Part shown: piece by piece, positions 11,384-24,459 of the stretch
Position numbering within the stretch: position 1 is the stretch's first letter
How the letters are laid out: the number at the start of each line of letters is the position of its first letter
Source: Podarcis tiliguerta
Taxonomy: Eukaryota
Strand: one strand, 5' to 3'
Assembly (NCBI GenBank): GCA_965153285.1
Contig: OZ229111.1
Length of the DNA stretch: 64,000 nt
Made by a program: the position numbers and the translations under genes
The notes under the pieces: model-generated
Databases searched by the model: none
The model's input: the letters and a program-made list of their open reading frames with translations, nothing else
What the model was told of the DNA's origin: nothing

Positions 11384-12821
11384 TAGTGCCATAACATGGT
11401 CTACATAAAGTACAGTACTTCCATTTCTGACTGGCAGTCGCACGAGGGCCTCAGTCTAGCTAAAAGTCTGCACAGGGCAACTAAAAAATGGTGATACTGT
11501 ATAAATCAACCCTAAGGGAATATTAAGGGGTACAGCTTCACTACCCACCCCAGACAGCTTTTATATCCAAGAAGACCTGCACTGCACAGCAGGGCAGAAG
11601 ATACACCTCATTCCTACTCTTAAGGCCTTAATGCTATGAACAAGACAGGCCCAATAAAATGGCTGTTGCGGAGGGGTGGTGTGGAGTCGACTGCATATGG
11701 GTTAATCTGTTGTCAACACACACAGCGCTTATGAATGAGCACAGCGCTCTGGCCCTTCCTGCTGTCAGCCTCCATTGCTCCCTGAACAGAGCAAGCATTC
11801 AGTATGTTGCGGGTGGAAAGGGGGCAAAGGAGCCCTGTGAACTAGCCTATTCATTGCAGCTCTCCATATTTCCCACAGTGTCGGTACATTAAATACATGA
11901 GCACATTCAGTCCTGAAGCGAGAGAAAAGAATAGGCACCGTAGAGTCAAAACAAATTCTAGCCAATGAAAGGCAAACCAAGCAGGCCTGGAGCTGTTGGG
12001 CCTCCCTGCTAGGATGAGAGCAGCAAATGCTTTCCATACGTGTGTGTTTGTAAAAATTATTTCTTAGCAATGTGGATGAATGGCCGCAGTTTATCCACGC
12101 TGCTGCTGCTGCTACATGTCCAGGGATCTTAAGTTTATTCTGTGGGCGTATCCAAACTACCAGTGAATACATGCCCCCAAAGAAATTTCAGCATTCATGC
12201 AACAGACCTCCTCTATTTAAAGATGAGAACATATTTTGGAGGGGTGGGCGGGCAATTCATTTTGCACAATGACCTGAATGTGTGCTGGAGGCGGGGAGGG
12301 AGGGAAAATAGTACAGCTTTCGAAAAGACGGAAACACAAACTTAAAAAGCAAAAGTTTGTGAGACGGCAAAGTGTCAATGCATGGGAAGGGGGGTTGCTA
12401 CTTAGGAATAGGATGAGTCCTTCCAGGCTCGGGTGGGTATAGAGAATGGCCTAGTCCGCATGCCGTATTAAACTATAGTTTTTTAATAAAAAAAATACGG
12501 TTGAATGTGAACAAGCAGAGTGCTCATGCATGCTGCTCAGAAGGCTCCTCCCACTCCTTTTGCTTTTACACTGTCAACAAAACAAGCTGGCGTCTACTTT
12601 GTTGTGATGTTCGAATCTGGGCTTGTGGGTTTGTTTCCTCTAAACATGCAACAAGCAGTAAGTCAAGAATAAAGCATGGTTACTGCTTGTGGCTGGTTTG
12701 AAGAACAATGAACCACAAGCCAGACAGCACAATAAGCCAGACTCTACCTAGTTTCCCAGTGGTGCAACAACATCAGGAGCAGAGCTTACGGGTGGGGAGC
12801 AAGAACCTGCTGCACATTCAC

Positions 12822-12962
12822 ATTGTTTTAATGTTGTATTTTAATCTTTTTTTTTTAAGCTGTATTTCAATCTGTTGTTTTTGTATTTGGTGTTGGCCGC
12901 CCTTAGCCCGGTCTTGGCTGGGGAGGGCGGGGTATAAGTAAATTTTTAAATTATTATTATTA
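12822..12962 (+). mobile_element. LINE (L2-like) 3' end with (ATT)n tail, inserted in an older DNA-transposon-like relic (~12448-13008)
   Basis: gccgcccttagcccggtcttggctggggagggcggggtataa...attattatt; related inverted copy at 61855-62035. Confidence 0.7.
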
Positions 12963-13140
12963 AACCATAGTTTGTTTCAAAACTTTGGTTCAATGTGATG
13001 TAAGAGCCAATGCATGTAACTCTTCTTCTACTGTAGGGGGGAAAAAACTTGGGGTGGTATTCATCCAAGCTTTACTCACAGCAATCACACTCAGATTAAA
13101 GATCATGACTAAGTTAGGTCCATTAATTTCAATGGGTGTA

Positions 13141-13405
13141 CAGTGGTACCTCACAAGACAAATGCCTCGGAAGACGAAAAACTCGCAAGACGAAAGAGTT
13201 TTTCGTTTTCTGAGTTGCTTCGCAAGACGGATTTCCCTATGGGCTTGCTTCGCAAGACGAAACGTCTTGCGCCTTTTTTTAAAAAACCGCCAATGCATTC
13301 CTATGGGAAACCGTCAATACACATTGGTGCTTCGCAAGACGAAAAAAACTCGTAGAACGAAAAAACTCGCAGAACGAATTAATTTCATCTTGCGAGGCAC
13401 CACTG
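13141..13405. mobile_element. Tc1/mariner MITE with reiterated TCGCAAGACG motif
   Basis: TIR CAGTGGT(A/G)CCTC(A/G)CAAGA, TA TSD; inserted in an older palindromic repeat (~13052-13436). Confidence 0.9.
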
Positions 13406-14099
13406 TATTCTGAATAAAACTTAGTTGACCACCACCCTTTATGTCACGCACATAAAGAGGAAGAAAGCTCTTAGTACTGGAGATGACACAGGGCCCCCCA
13501 TAAATGGGGCCATGATTCTTAACCACATTCTACAGAGCAGTCCCTTGTGCTTGCTCAGATTCATGTGTTAGTTGCAAGTCTCATCCATTATGTGTCCCAG
13601 TTTGCTATAGTAATAGCTGATGTGCCTAAAATTTTACAAGTGGGAATTCAGAACAGCATACCAGGTGACTGGACAATTTACATGCATCTTTCTGCAGAAA
13701 AGAAACATTATACATTGAGAAGACATTTTTGATGGTTAATTAAGGGTGGGTGTGGATTTTTTTTTTAATCATTTGCTCTTTTTAATTAGCATTGCTACTG
13801 ACTTTAAATCTCTGATGGAGGATAAGATATAAACTCAAACCACTGAACCCTTTTGCCTGGTGCAAGGAAGCAAATTCATGTGCATTTCCAGGAATCTGCC
13901 ACGTGTTGCAAGAAGAGAGGAGTACACACAACCCGGTGGGGAGGCTTACGCAAGAGGGCAACTCTCGCTCATAAAAGGGCACAGACAGCAGCACCTGCCA
14001 AGCAGGGATGACACCAGATCCCTAGGCTACCCCAGCCAACTAGGGCTGGTGTTTCTGAGGTCCTGTAGAAGTGATAGCATTTGGTGACAAGAGTCAACA

Positions 14100-15830
14100 G
14101 TGTCACTAGCTCCATCACTTAAGTCACTGGTTGCTTCACTCTTCTCCAACTTCCCATTGGTTGACATTCTGCAAGGCTATTTTCGGATTTGTTCCCAAAG
14201 CGCAGCCAAGACATTAGCTTGTTATTGTTCAGCTTCTCTCTCTGCCTTTGTGCAAGATTTAGTAAGTGTAACACAGCCAAGGTTTTTAACAACATTACAG
14301 CATTCAAGGCAGCTTCAGTTACTACTGGAAGAAAAACAGCAAAGCTTTTCTCCAAACCACAAAGCTATCAAGCTAACTGCGACTACGGCCAGGCGTTCTG
14401 GGGGGAAACCCCCGATCGCCTACTTCTGAAGCAACCCTTTCGCAGTTGTGGCATGCAAAAACCCCACGCAAATTGGTGGTCTGTCCCAGTCCCAGACGAT
14501 GAAAGCAACAATCGAAACACATGTGTGCTTTGTAGCACTTTAGAAGTCGAAGCACTTCTCTTATCTTCTCAGGAACCCCAATATAAGAATCTTGAAAAAG
14601 GTGAGTCAATACCACCATCATCCTTGCACAACAAGGCACCTACTGAGGTCAAGTCAGATAGATTTGAGTAGAGAGCTTCCTGGCTCGCTGCTCAGTTGCT
14701 TAACCACTACATGGCACCACCTCTTAGCTTTGGACTATGTTTCTCTGTGCCCAAACAGTGCTCCTCCTACAGCATGAGTCAACAAATCTAGAAGCAGTTT
14801 TTGTGTTGCAAGATCTAGCTGCCAACCACTTTTACTTCAAATTAACATACAGAATCAATCCTGATTAGGGCACCCAAAGCACTATGTCTGTACACTTTAT
14901 CCCTGCCAGCCTATAACGTCAGCCAGGTCAAGCTGCATAACGTGCCTGATCCTTATCTGTATTGACAATGGCTGCGACTGTGGCGCCATCAGCAAACTTA
15001 ATTAAAAACACTCCTACTGCCATTACCCAGGTTACTACCCAAAGTATTTCCTAACATGGGTCCCATGAGTCACCCTTGAGGAATGCTACTTGGTACTTAT
15101 CTCTAGCATGGAAGCGCTTTGTTCTCGCCACTAATTCCTTACCCACTGCATGATACCTGCACAAAACGTTAAGTTAAAGGAGGATAATATGAGCTTCCTG
15201 TGCCTTATCGTATCAATGGCTTGCTGAACCAGAGAGGCATAGGTTTTATTTGACCAACTGATGTTCACGTTGCTGAACCCGAGTTTTAATTTACTGAAAT
15301 CCAGAGAATTGGTTCGGACCACATTTCCCTAATTAAGGAAAATAAGCAGCAATTTTTAAAAGATATCAGATTAGGGTGCACCGATTCCATTCTACATTCC
15401 GTTACCTACCAAAAGCATTCTAACACTCACATAGAATCTACTCCATCACCTTTAGAATTCTCGCTTTTACAGTTTGGTCCGGGCCTTGTTTACCTCTGAA
15501 ATTAAACTAACAGGTCTGCGGTTACCTAGGCAACTTATTCCCTCTTGTTACATATAGGCAATATATATAACCATTAAGCGGCAGCCATCAGGTTCTGTGT
15601 CAATCTTCTATTTTACATACCAGCTCCTTTGACACACTCAGTGGTAGATCAGTATAGGAGTTCACAGAGCGATATATTGAACATAAACTTAACTGGAAAT
15701 AAGTCACTGGAAATGTGAATTATAACAGCCTGATACTTCTGAATAGGCGTGGTTTAAGAGTTTCAAGGTGTGCTTCCCACAAACGGAGCAAATCTTTCTC
15801 TATGATCATTATTGTGACTAATAAAGAGTA
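14100..15830 (+). mobile_element. Highly degraded L1-clade LINE ORF2 remnant
   Basis: Fragmentary peptides LTTLQHSRQLQLLLEEKQQ, FWGETPDRLLLKQ, and later GSVSIFY...HWKCEL*QPDTSE*AWFKSFK resemble non-mammalian L1 ORF2 post-endonuclease and C-terminal motifs; many stops. Confidence 0.45.
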
Positions 15831-17242
15831 TTCACTGTATATTTATACTACACTGTACCTGATCTCTCTCTCTCACACACAGCAACTGAAGTACAGCAAG
15901 AAGACAGGTGTAGCAGCAACACGTTGACGCAGCAAATCCTATATGTCAATAGCAAACTCATTCTCTTAAGTGTGGTTCCTTCTGAAGCTAGAAAGGACTC
16001 CATCCATGCCTAGTAGGAAAGAACCCTCTTGACAGGTTTGCAAAAGTATGAAAAACAAGGGTTAGGAAAAACCTAAAAGGAGACCCCCAGAACAAACCAA
16101 TGAAGATTTTAGCATGCTTAAATGAAGCATCCCGGAAAAGGGAATGGCCGACTCGTATTATGGACAGGAGCATTTCACACTGCAATGTTTCGTTGTAGGT
16201 CCAATGTTTTCTATATTTCTTATGTTTACAAAGCTTCAAGTATAGCTACACCATTTGTAATGCTATTTAAATTAAAAAATACATAAATCTAGATGCCCAC
16301 ATTTTTGCAACCTAAGACTCGATTGAAGCTGTTCTCCCATTCCCACCCCAGAGTTAAACAAAAGCAGTCTGATGAACAACAAAGGCCAGAAGACTTCCCA
16401 AAACAGAACAGCAGACTCCATTCCCCTCCTGAAACCATTTCCCCCACAGCTGCCAAGTTGCTCATTTGCTGCTTTCAGGAAACACTAAGTAGTGCATCAG
16501 CAGCAGCTGCCTGGAGTTTAACCTCTTTTATACATAATGCTTCACTATAATTTCTCGGCTGAACGTGGACACAGTGTGAGTCAGCCTGACTAAAGCACAG
16601 GAGGGAGAAGACTTATTTGAAGAAATGAGACCATCAGTGGCCAAAGCATCCACCCCTTTGAAAGGGCATTCTGATCTATTGGCAGAACAGGACGGGCACT
16701 GCATGAGTGTCAATGCCTCTAAGGCAACAGCTGTCACCCATATTATGCACACACGATATCTAAACCACTCTTACTTTTGACTCAATTCATTGTAATAGCA
16801 ATTTTGGGTCTTTGCACTATTCAAGCTATTGGGTCAATGAGGACTAGACACATGACCATTTGAGATGAGAGAAAGGAAGCTATGGTTTCCCCTGTAGCCT
16901 AAAGCCAGATTCCAGATTTTATATGCCATGCTAGGCATGTGGCACACACAGCAGCTTCGCTGCAAGCCAGACTTCGAACATGCTTTTTTAAAAACAACAG
17001 TAGTGATGAAAACCGATCTTTCCAGAGGGAAAAACACAGAGGAAAAAATCCTCCTGTGTTATATACCAAATTTCTCTCTGCCAAAGCTCAAATCACTCGA
17101 AGCACACAGACAGCAGATGCTGCAAAGACATTTTCAGAAGCCAGCCAGGCTGTGTAACTTTCAGCTCCCCTCGCCTCCCATTTCAATCTCGTTGTTGGTG
17201 GGAACTCATCACAGGCAATAGCAGAAAGCCAGAGAGATATAT

Positions 17243-17410
17243 CCCTCAGAAACTTCCAACTGGTTCAAAATGCAGCAGCCAGATTACTGGCTGGGGTTCT
17301 ATTTAGAATTTATGTAACCCCTTTTTCAAACGGTTGCACTGGCTGACAGTTCATTTCTGGGCCCAGCTCAAGGTGTTTTAACACATTTGTGTGTAAAAAG
17401 CCCTGATCAC
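17243..17410 (+). mobile_element. L2 LINE ORF2 C-terminal fragment
   Basis: Translates QLVQNAAARLLAGV...VTPFFKRLHWLTVHFWAQLKV, the typical L2 C-terminal motif. Confidence 0.85.
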
Positions 17411-18483
17411 ATAGGTGTGTCTTGCATTTCCCCATATGCTGAAGACACACCTCTCCTCTGCCCCTGCCCCAACTTTGGCAGTTACAATATTTTGTTTTAT
17501 GGGGTCCACCTCTTTTGCTGAATTTACACTGTTATGCTTCATTTGCAATGGAGAGATTGTGCGATGCGGTTTTTTTTAGTTGTAGATTTCATTGCTGTGA
17601 TGTGCCCCGGTGGAAGGCAGGATGTAAGAAATCGTATGAACAAACCCTGAAAATGATGAGTTGCAGGTCTCTGCACCTACTCCCACAATTTTCATAGCTT
17701 GTGGAAGATGCAATGCCATCGGCATTAAGTTCAGGCCTTACTTAGCCACGTTAAATTTGAGGTGGACCTAGGGGTTTTGAAAACACACACAAAGCAAGTT
17801 CTTTAGAATCCGGGCCATCCATCCAGTGTACTTCAAAGAAGCCCAAAAATAACACCAGCTTGGTGCTTGTGGACGCAAGAAGTCAAAAGAATTGTAGCTT
17901 AGCTACGCTGCATGTGAAAAAGTAAGAATCTAATTTCTCAAAGAGGGGTTCTTGGAGAAGGTATTCAAGAGCATCAAGAGCCAATTCCACATAAGGGCTA
18001 AAACCAGAGAGGGAGACTGAAATTCTCCATGGCAACAAGGACATGGGAAGTGGCACCTCTAGCAGTTTTTTAAACAGAGAAGCAACCCAGAGGCGTTTAG
18101 GAAGCAGGGTAAAGCAGCACATGGGTGAGCTGGGGGGGACGGGACAGTGTGGGACCAAGTGCACTACCTCTACCCCCTGAATCTCATCACCTGCTGCAAA
18201 CTGGAGAGGACGGCAACATGCAGAAACCTGAAAAAGTAAGGACAGTGGTTGCATGCTCAACCCCCAACAAAAGCCTGAATAGGGCTTAAGAGTCAAGCAA
18301 AGATGTTAAGCCTATAACCTTTTAAAGGTATGTATTATTCAGGAGTCTTCTACCCAGAATTTTGCTTTCTTTCATGTACGCTGTTATGTTCTGATAGTCA
18401 AATTGCTGGGATCTGGGCAGAACAGGGGTGTTGTGGCTCTCCAAACATTGTTAGCCTGGAATTCATTTTGTGTGTGTGTAAAC

Positions 18484-18620
18484 CAGGGATGGGAAACCTG
18501 TGGCACTGCAGATGTTGCCAGCCTCCAACTTCCACCATCCAGCACACTGACTATACTGGATGGGGCTGATGGGAGTTGGAGGCCAACAAGATTTGGAGGG
18601 CCGCAGGTTCCCCATCCCTG
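18484..18620. mobile_element. hAT palindromic MITE
   Basis: CAGGGATGGG(A/G)AACCTG TIRs; decayed TSD gtgtaaac/gtctacat. Confidence 0.8.
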
Positions 18621-21464
18621 GTCTACATGGGGTGGGGGAATTCTAGGCTGCTTCTGCCATGCCCTCATGCTATTAGAAATAAAGCTCAGCTATTACTGAC
18701 TGTATTCTGCTCACTAAAGAGTATTTTTGTTTACCTAATACCGAGATGAAAAGATAGAACCAACAGTCTCCAGTCTTGCTAAGGATGGTTGACTCAACTC
18801 AGCCTATAGGCTTTGTCCCTCAAATGTGTAAACATGGGAGCAAAGAGCCTTCAGTGGTTGGTTGCAAACACAGTATTACCACTCTATACAAATATATGCA
18901 AAGCAAGTCCTGCCCACCAATGTATATTTGGGCTGAAGGTGGGGCTTCTGGGTCAGAAAAAGTTGAAGACTACTGGTTTGGAGTGAGCTCGGCGGCTGCT
19001 AATATACCTGATCAGGTACATTGGGGGCCACAGGTGGTGCTGTATTGAATATAAGGAAGGTTTTTAAAAATGGTCCATTGGTAGATCACTAGAATGACAG
19101 ATTTTTGGCTGAACAGAAGGCAGTCATACAAGAAGGCCTAAACCAAATTCACCAACACCAATGTGGTCCAATAGCGCAAGGCTGGCCTACAGAAGAACAG
19201 AAGAACAGTGGCAGTAGCACACCATTGCCTGCAGGAAAGTCTTTAGCAATGAAGTGTTGATGACAGCCCCACTTTTGTTCTTACACCAAGTTGACAAAGG
19301 GGGGGGGAGAGAGATTTGAGCAAGTGTTAAAATTCACACTTATAAAGCTACACTTATTAACAAGGCCAATAGTGTGAAGGGCTTACAGCAGACTTTAGTC
19401 TGGGCTGTAGAAGAAAAGATGGGACTGAGAAGCAAAATGGATCTCCTTCACCAAGTTCTTCTCATTGCAAACAAGATCTCCCAGACTTCTTTTTTATGAC
19501 AGCAGGCTTTCCATCTCTCTTCAGAAATATGCATAACACTGCTCTTTTGGGTTACGTTATCCCAACTGAAAGCAATAATGGCAGTGACAAGATTCCACAA
19601 TGCAGAGATGAACCCCCGACTCATATTTAATAATTATCCCCCAGGTGATGTTAAATTCTACTTTCCTTGCCTATAATTTCCCCCCCACCTTCCATTATAT
19701 ATTGAGCTGCTGAAGACACCCCCATAGTAAGAACAAACAAATGTACATTCAAACATCCACCACAATTTGGACTTAAATCCATAACTTTATATACATGCAC
19801 ATACCTACCTCTGTGCGCCCGAGAGACAAGAGAGTTTCACACCGCTTGCATGAGACTGGAACTGAGGGATCTTGTTTTTCTGGATGTTGGCCTGGCCCTG
19901 ATCCTGGTAGGAAAAGTGTTCAAGATCCAGATCCTGCATTCAAATCAATGTGTGGCCCCTCTGTTCACTTCTCCATGTAGTGAGGGGAAGGATGGCGGAG
20001 GAAGTGTGTAACCCCAGCTTTTAGTGACACAACAGTGTGTGTGTGTGTTTGTTTGTTTGCGTGCACACCAATGGAAAAAGATGCTTCAACACCCGCTTCA
20101 ATGTGTTTTTGTTCTGGTCAGAGCCTACTCAAAAACTTCTATTTAAAAAAAATCCACTTCTTCCAAAGCAATAATGCCAACAGCAGAGATAAACTTGAAT
20201 GCAGCTCCACACTGAAGTCAAAGCAGCCAAGTGTTCACTACAAGGCAATTAAGATGAGAACACACAAGCACTCTTCTTCAGCGGTCTAGGGAAGAGGTGG
20301 AACTAACATGAGGAGGTGGTGTGAGAAAAAGTCTGCGAAGGCTGCATTCACACTGCTGTTTATTCCGTTTTCCTGACATCTCCCTAAATGTCACATTGCA
20401 CATTATATTTGAGCTTTTGCACAAGGCAAAAGCTACTTCGGGAAAACGAATGGAACGGAATATTGTGCAAGTTTAGCACGCATTTTCATGTTATTTGACT
20501 CCAGCAAAAACTGTTTGCAGCCCTCTCAACCTGGGAAATCATGGGACCTTGAGTGTGGCATTCCCCCGTTTTCACGCCGCAGCTGCTCACATGATGAGCC
20601 GAGAGGCGGCATACCAGCATGCACTGCACTTCCTGCCCATTTTGAGGCTCATGCCCTCCCTTTTTCGCCTGGTTAGAAAGCGTGCCGGAATTTCAGCACA
20701 GAACGGCACACAATCAAGGGATGGCATTTTGACATCTGTGCGAACAACATTTCCCACACCATGTTGGTGCAGAGGTAGAGATGTGGTGGAACAGGCTTAC
20801 GCAGCGTGAAAGGAAAGGCAGAAAAACCGGGCAGAAGCACTAGCCTTATAATAAATGAACCCAATACACCCACCATGCAAATGCAACTGAAGTCTGCCCC
20901 CTGCCAGATCATCTCCGTCCTGCTCCTAAACAGGTATGTTTCCCATGCGATGATAATCCTGGTTTTCCAGGGGTCTACACTGCATGGGGGAGTATACATG
21001 AGTAGAAGCTGGCTCCCCGATTCACAAAGACACCCTTCAACATCTGGAGAGAGAAATGGGAATGGGAGTACAGCTAGCACTCTCGTTCCCATGTTTCTCT
21101 CATCTAGCACTGAAGTGTGTAAGTGCTTTTTTTTTTTAACCTGCATTACGAAGCAATTCCAAATGAATGCTAATATTAACACTGACGACCTAGTTTCGTT
21201 TTGCTTTTCACATAAGCCAATGAGTGACGTGCAGCAGGGACAGCAGGGAAGAGCGGAGTAGGTTTCTAGATAAAGGAGGGGAGGGGGAGGAAGAGGAGAG
21301 CAAGCTGTGTGCTTTTGCAATGTCGCATATGTAAAGAGGAAGCATTGGCTTTTGGTTTCCGTTCAGTTCTAACGTCTATCATTCATACCCAGGAGATTTC
21401 TTTGAATTAAAGAAGAAGTAGTGTAAGGCAACAGGGTGGGGGACAAAGAGACAAGTGCCACTCT

Positions 21465-23040
21465 GGTTAAAAAAGTGATTTTTTTTTTTATTTTTAAATT
21501 AATATAAAACCTTCAACCTGTTTAAGCAAGATTCTGATTTTAAAACCTAAAAAACAAAAAAACAAAAAGAGCCTCAGCATCTCCCTTGCCGCCGGATGTC
21601 AGGGAGCACTCTCTTGAGTCCTCCTTCGAATAATCCATCTTCTGGGGAGGTTGACGTTTGTGTTTTTATACCTTTGAAAACTTCAGCAACTTCCCTTCCA
21701 GCTTATCCTCCCAAATGCTTAAACTTTGTCCTTTTAAAAAGGGAAAGAAGCTTGAGAGCTGAAGGGGAAAACCATTCCCCCAAAAAACAAGAAGGGGATG
21801 GGTGGGGTGGGTGGGAGAGCAATAAAGAGTCTGTGGTAAGGTACCAAAAAACAAAACCCCCAACCCATTTCTAGTTTCTGCTACTTGGAGCACACCTGCT
21901 GCAGCCGTTGGAGAAAAAGGGTTTCAATAGGCCAAAGTTGGGGCAATGGAGAAAGGGTTTAAACCCAAATGACAGCACGGACGCAAACCCACAAAACCCC
22001 ATTCTTGCCCATAAATTTGCCAGCCCATGTATAGGCTAGAAGAGCTGGCTGGTTTTGCCAGACTGTACATGTCTCGGCACCTGTCAAAAAAGGACAAGAT
22101 TTGCCTCCTTGAATGTACAAAATCTTGAGTAGGACTCAACATAGGCCTCAAAGATTTACAGCCCCGATAACGTGACATTTTGCACTATTCCACTTTTTTC
22201 TTTTCAGGCTCCTTCTGTGGCCTACAGGAGAGCCCTGTGGAGCGGAGCCCACAGTGGAAAATTACCTCCCCAACCCCTCACGCTCAGTCACAACATGGGG
22301 CAGGGGGTAGAAGCTCAGTTCCTTTAGCAGGTGACACCCCGCCCAGCCTAGGAGGCTCTCTGAACCGCACGGGCACACAGACAGCCACAGAATCTAAGGC
22401 CTGTGCTTTCCCTTCAAGCAAGGAGGGTTTCTTCCCTCAAGGCCCCTCAACCGTCTCAGCTGCTACAGGCAACTCCTGACAACCAGGAGCCAAAGGAAAA
22501 TCAAGAGGAGGGCAACAAAATTGGGAAAGGATGGAAAGGAGAGGCAACTTTCCGAGCTCTCCCAGCCATCCCCAATCACATACATACGCGCGCGCACACA
22601 GGGAGACACCCTGAACCCCCCCTTCTTTTTTCCAGGCAGCTTTCGCAGAATGCTACCTGGATCTTTGCAATTCCGTTGCTTTCATTCGTGATGTATATAC
22701 ATTAGATATATTTATATATTTATATATTATAGTTATATAATTTTTTTTCTTTTAAAAAAGAGAAAAAGATCAGTTATTAACTCTCCTGAAGAGTGGATAA
22801 GGGAAGAGAAGGAAGGTGGGTGCGGGGGAAAGGAACATCGGGGTTTGGGCTGATGACGACATCTCATCAGTTTTTTTCTTTAAAAAAAAAACCACTATAA
22901 AATATTCCAGTGCGATCTTCAGGGGGGAAAAAAATACCCCCACCCCATTTCCCTGTGCCCCCTTGGATTTGCCACACCCTCTTTACCGCCCCCGCCACCC
23001 TATCAACTTCTTCCCCCCCCCATTCCAAAAACATTAAGTC
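21465..23040 (-). other. UBALD2: Probable UBALD2 3' UTR with AATAAA at 21487-21492
   Basis: No recognisable TE, AU-rich stretches after the stop, and a minus-strand AATAAA followed by a GU/U-rich downstream element (gtggcacttgtctctttgt). The end point is inferred. Confidence 0.55.
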
Positions 23041-23433
<393 letters not shown>

Positions 23434-24344
23434 CTAATCACTTCCCAAGTCTACTTTAAAAAATAATAATAGAAGGATATCCAGCTTCCACATGCAACAC
23501 AAGGAAATAGCCCTAATAAGAGCACATGGCTTCCTCTCCTTCCCCCAACTAAGCAGCACAATGTAGAGTCTGGGGAAATAGATAAAAGAGTTTAGGTCAT
23601 TTCCAATGCCCTTGAGCTCCCTCCTTAGGTCACACCCTTGAGCTCCCTCCTTAAAAATTAACTACCCCGCTCTGCTAATTATTGGCAGAGCAGGGTCCCA
23701 TATTCACAGCTAAAACCAGTGGCCGGATCGGCATTTTCACCAGCCTGACTGAATGCACCAAGTAGAAGGTCTGAGAGGAAGGGGAACTCCATTTTCCACA
23801 TGGATTAATCAACTGGATGTGTAGCGGATCAATAGGCGCTTGGTGTAAACTATTTTGAGCTCATGGAAAAATGAAATAGAATATAACAAAATGTATAAAT
23901 AAAACCAACTGATGTTTAAGAAAGGGTTTACAGCTGATTAAACAGATTCGATGACCTTGACTATTCAACCTGTAGACTGGCCTGGGTCCCACTCAATGCT
24001 ACATTGCCCCTAAACCCATACCTGCCGGCAAGCTTCTCTCTCAATAAATTCCAACCTTCCCACACAATAAATTGTTGAAGGAGGATGGGGCAGATTGCTG
24101 CTTGGTGAGCTCCTCCTACCCAGAAGTGGACAACCTTTGGCTGACAGTAGTTACAAAATGTTGCTGAAGGAAACCAATGGCAGGAACTGTTGTCAAGATT
24201 CTGGCCAAATCTGACTCCAAAGGAATGCCCTGCTTTAGGCAGGGGGAGGAAAGAGAGAAAGGGGTAAAGTGATTGGGGGTGGGGAGAGGATGAAACACTG
24301 GTTTACAAGCTGCTTCACAGAAGAATAACAACTAAGGTCTACAC

Positions 24345-24459
24345 CAGTGCTCTTCAGATGTTGGTCAACTACCCATCTTCCCTCACCACTGGATAGCTGA
24401 CTTGGAGTGATGGGAGTTGTCGCTCCAACAACTGGGGGACCCAAAGTTGAAGAACACTG
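24345..24459. mobile_element. hAT palindromic MITE
   Basis: CAGTG...CACTG termini; perfect 8-bp TSD gtctacac. Confidence 0.85.

Noticed and set aside
13141-13405. CRISPR-like short repeats with spacers
   Set aside because: 10-bp motif, irregular spacing, both orientations, bounded by TIRs and a TA TSD in vertebrate DNA; no cas genes.
14189-14671. 160-aa ORF as a host gene or endogenous viral gene
   Set aside because: Better explained as a frameshifted L1 ORF2 relic; no viral motif recognised.
17883-18296. 137-aa minus-strand ORF with an internal acceptor-like site
   Set aside because: No homology recognised and no partner exon identified.
20340-21320. Overlapping long ORFs (215 aa minus, 151 aa plus) and a possible Harbinger-like relic starting ggctgcattcacac
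   Set aside because: The peptides look random and lack splice support; no convincing second TIR or TSD was found for the transposon.
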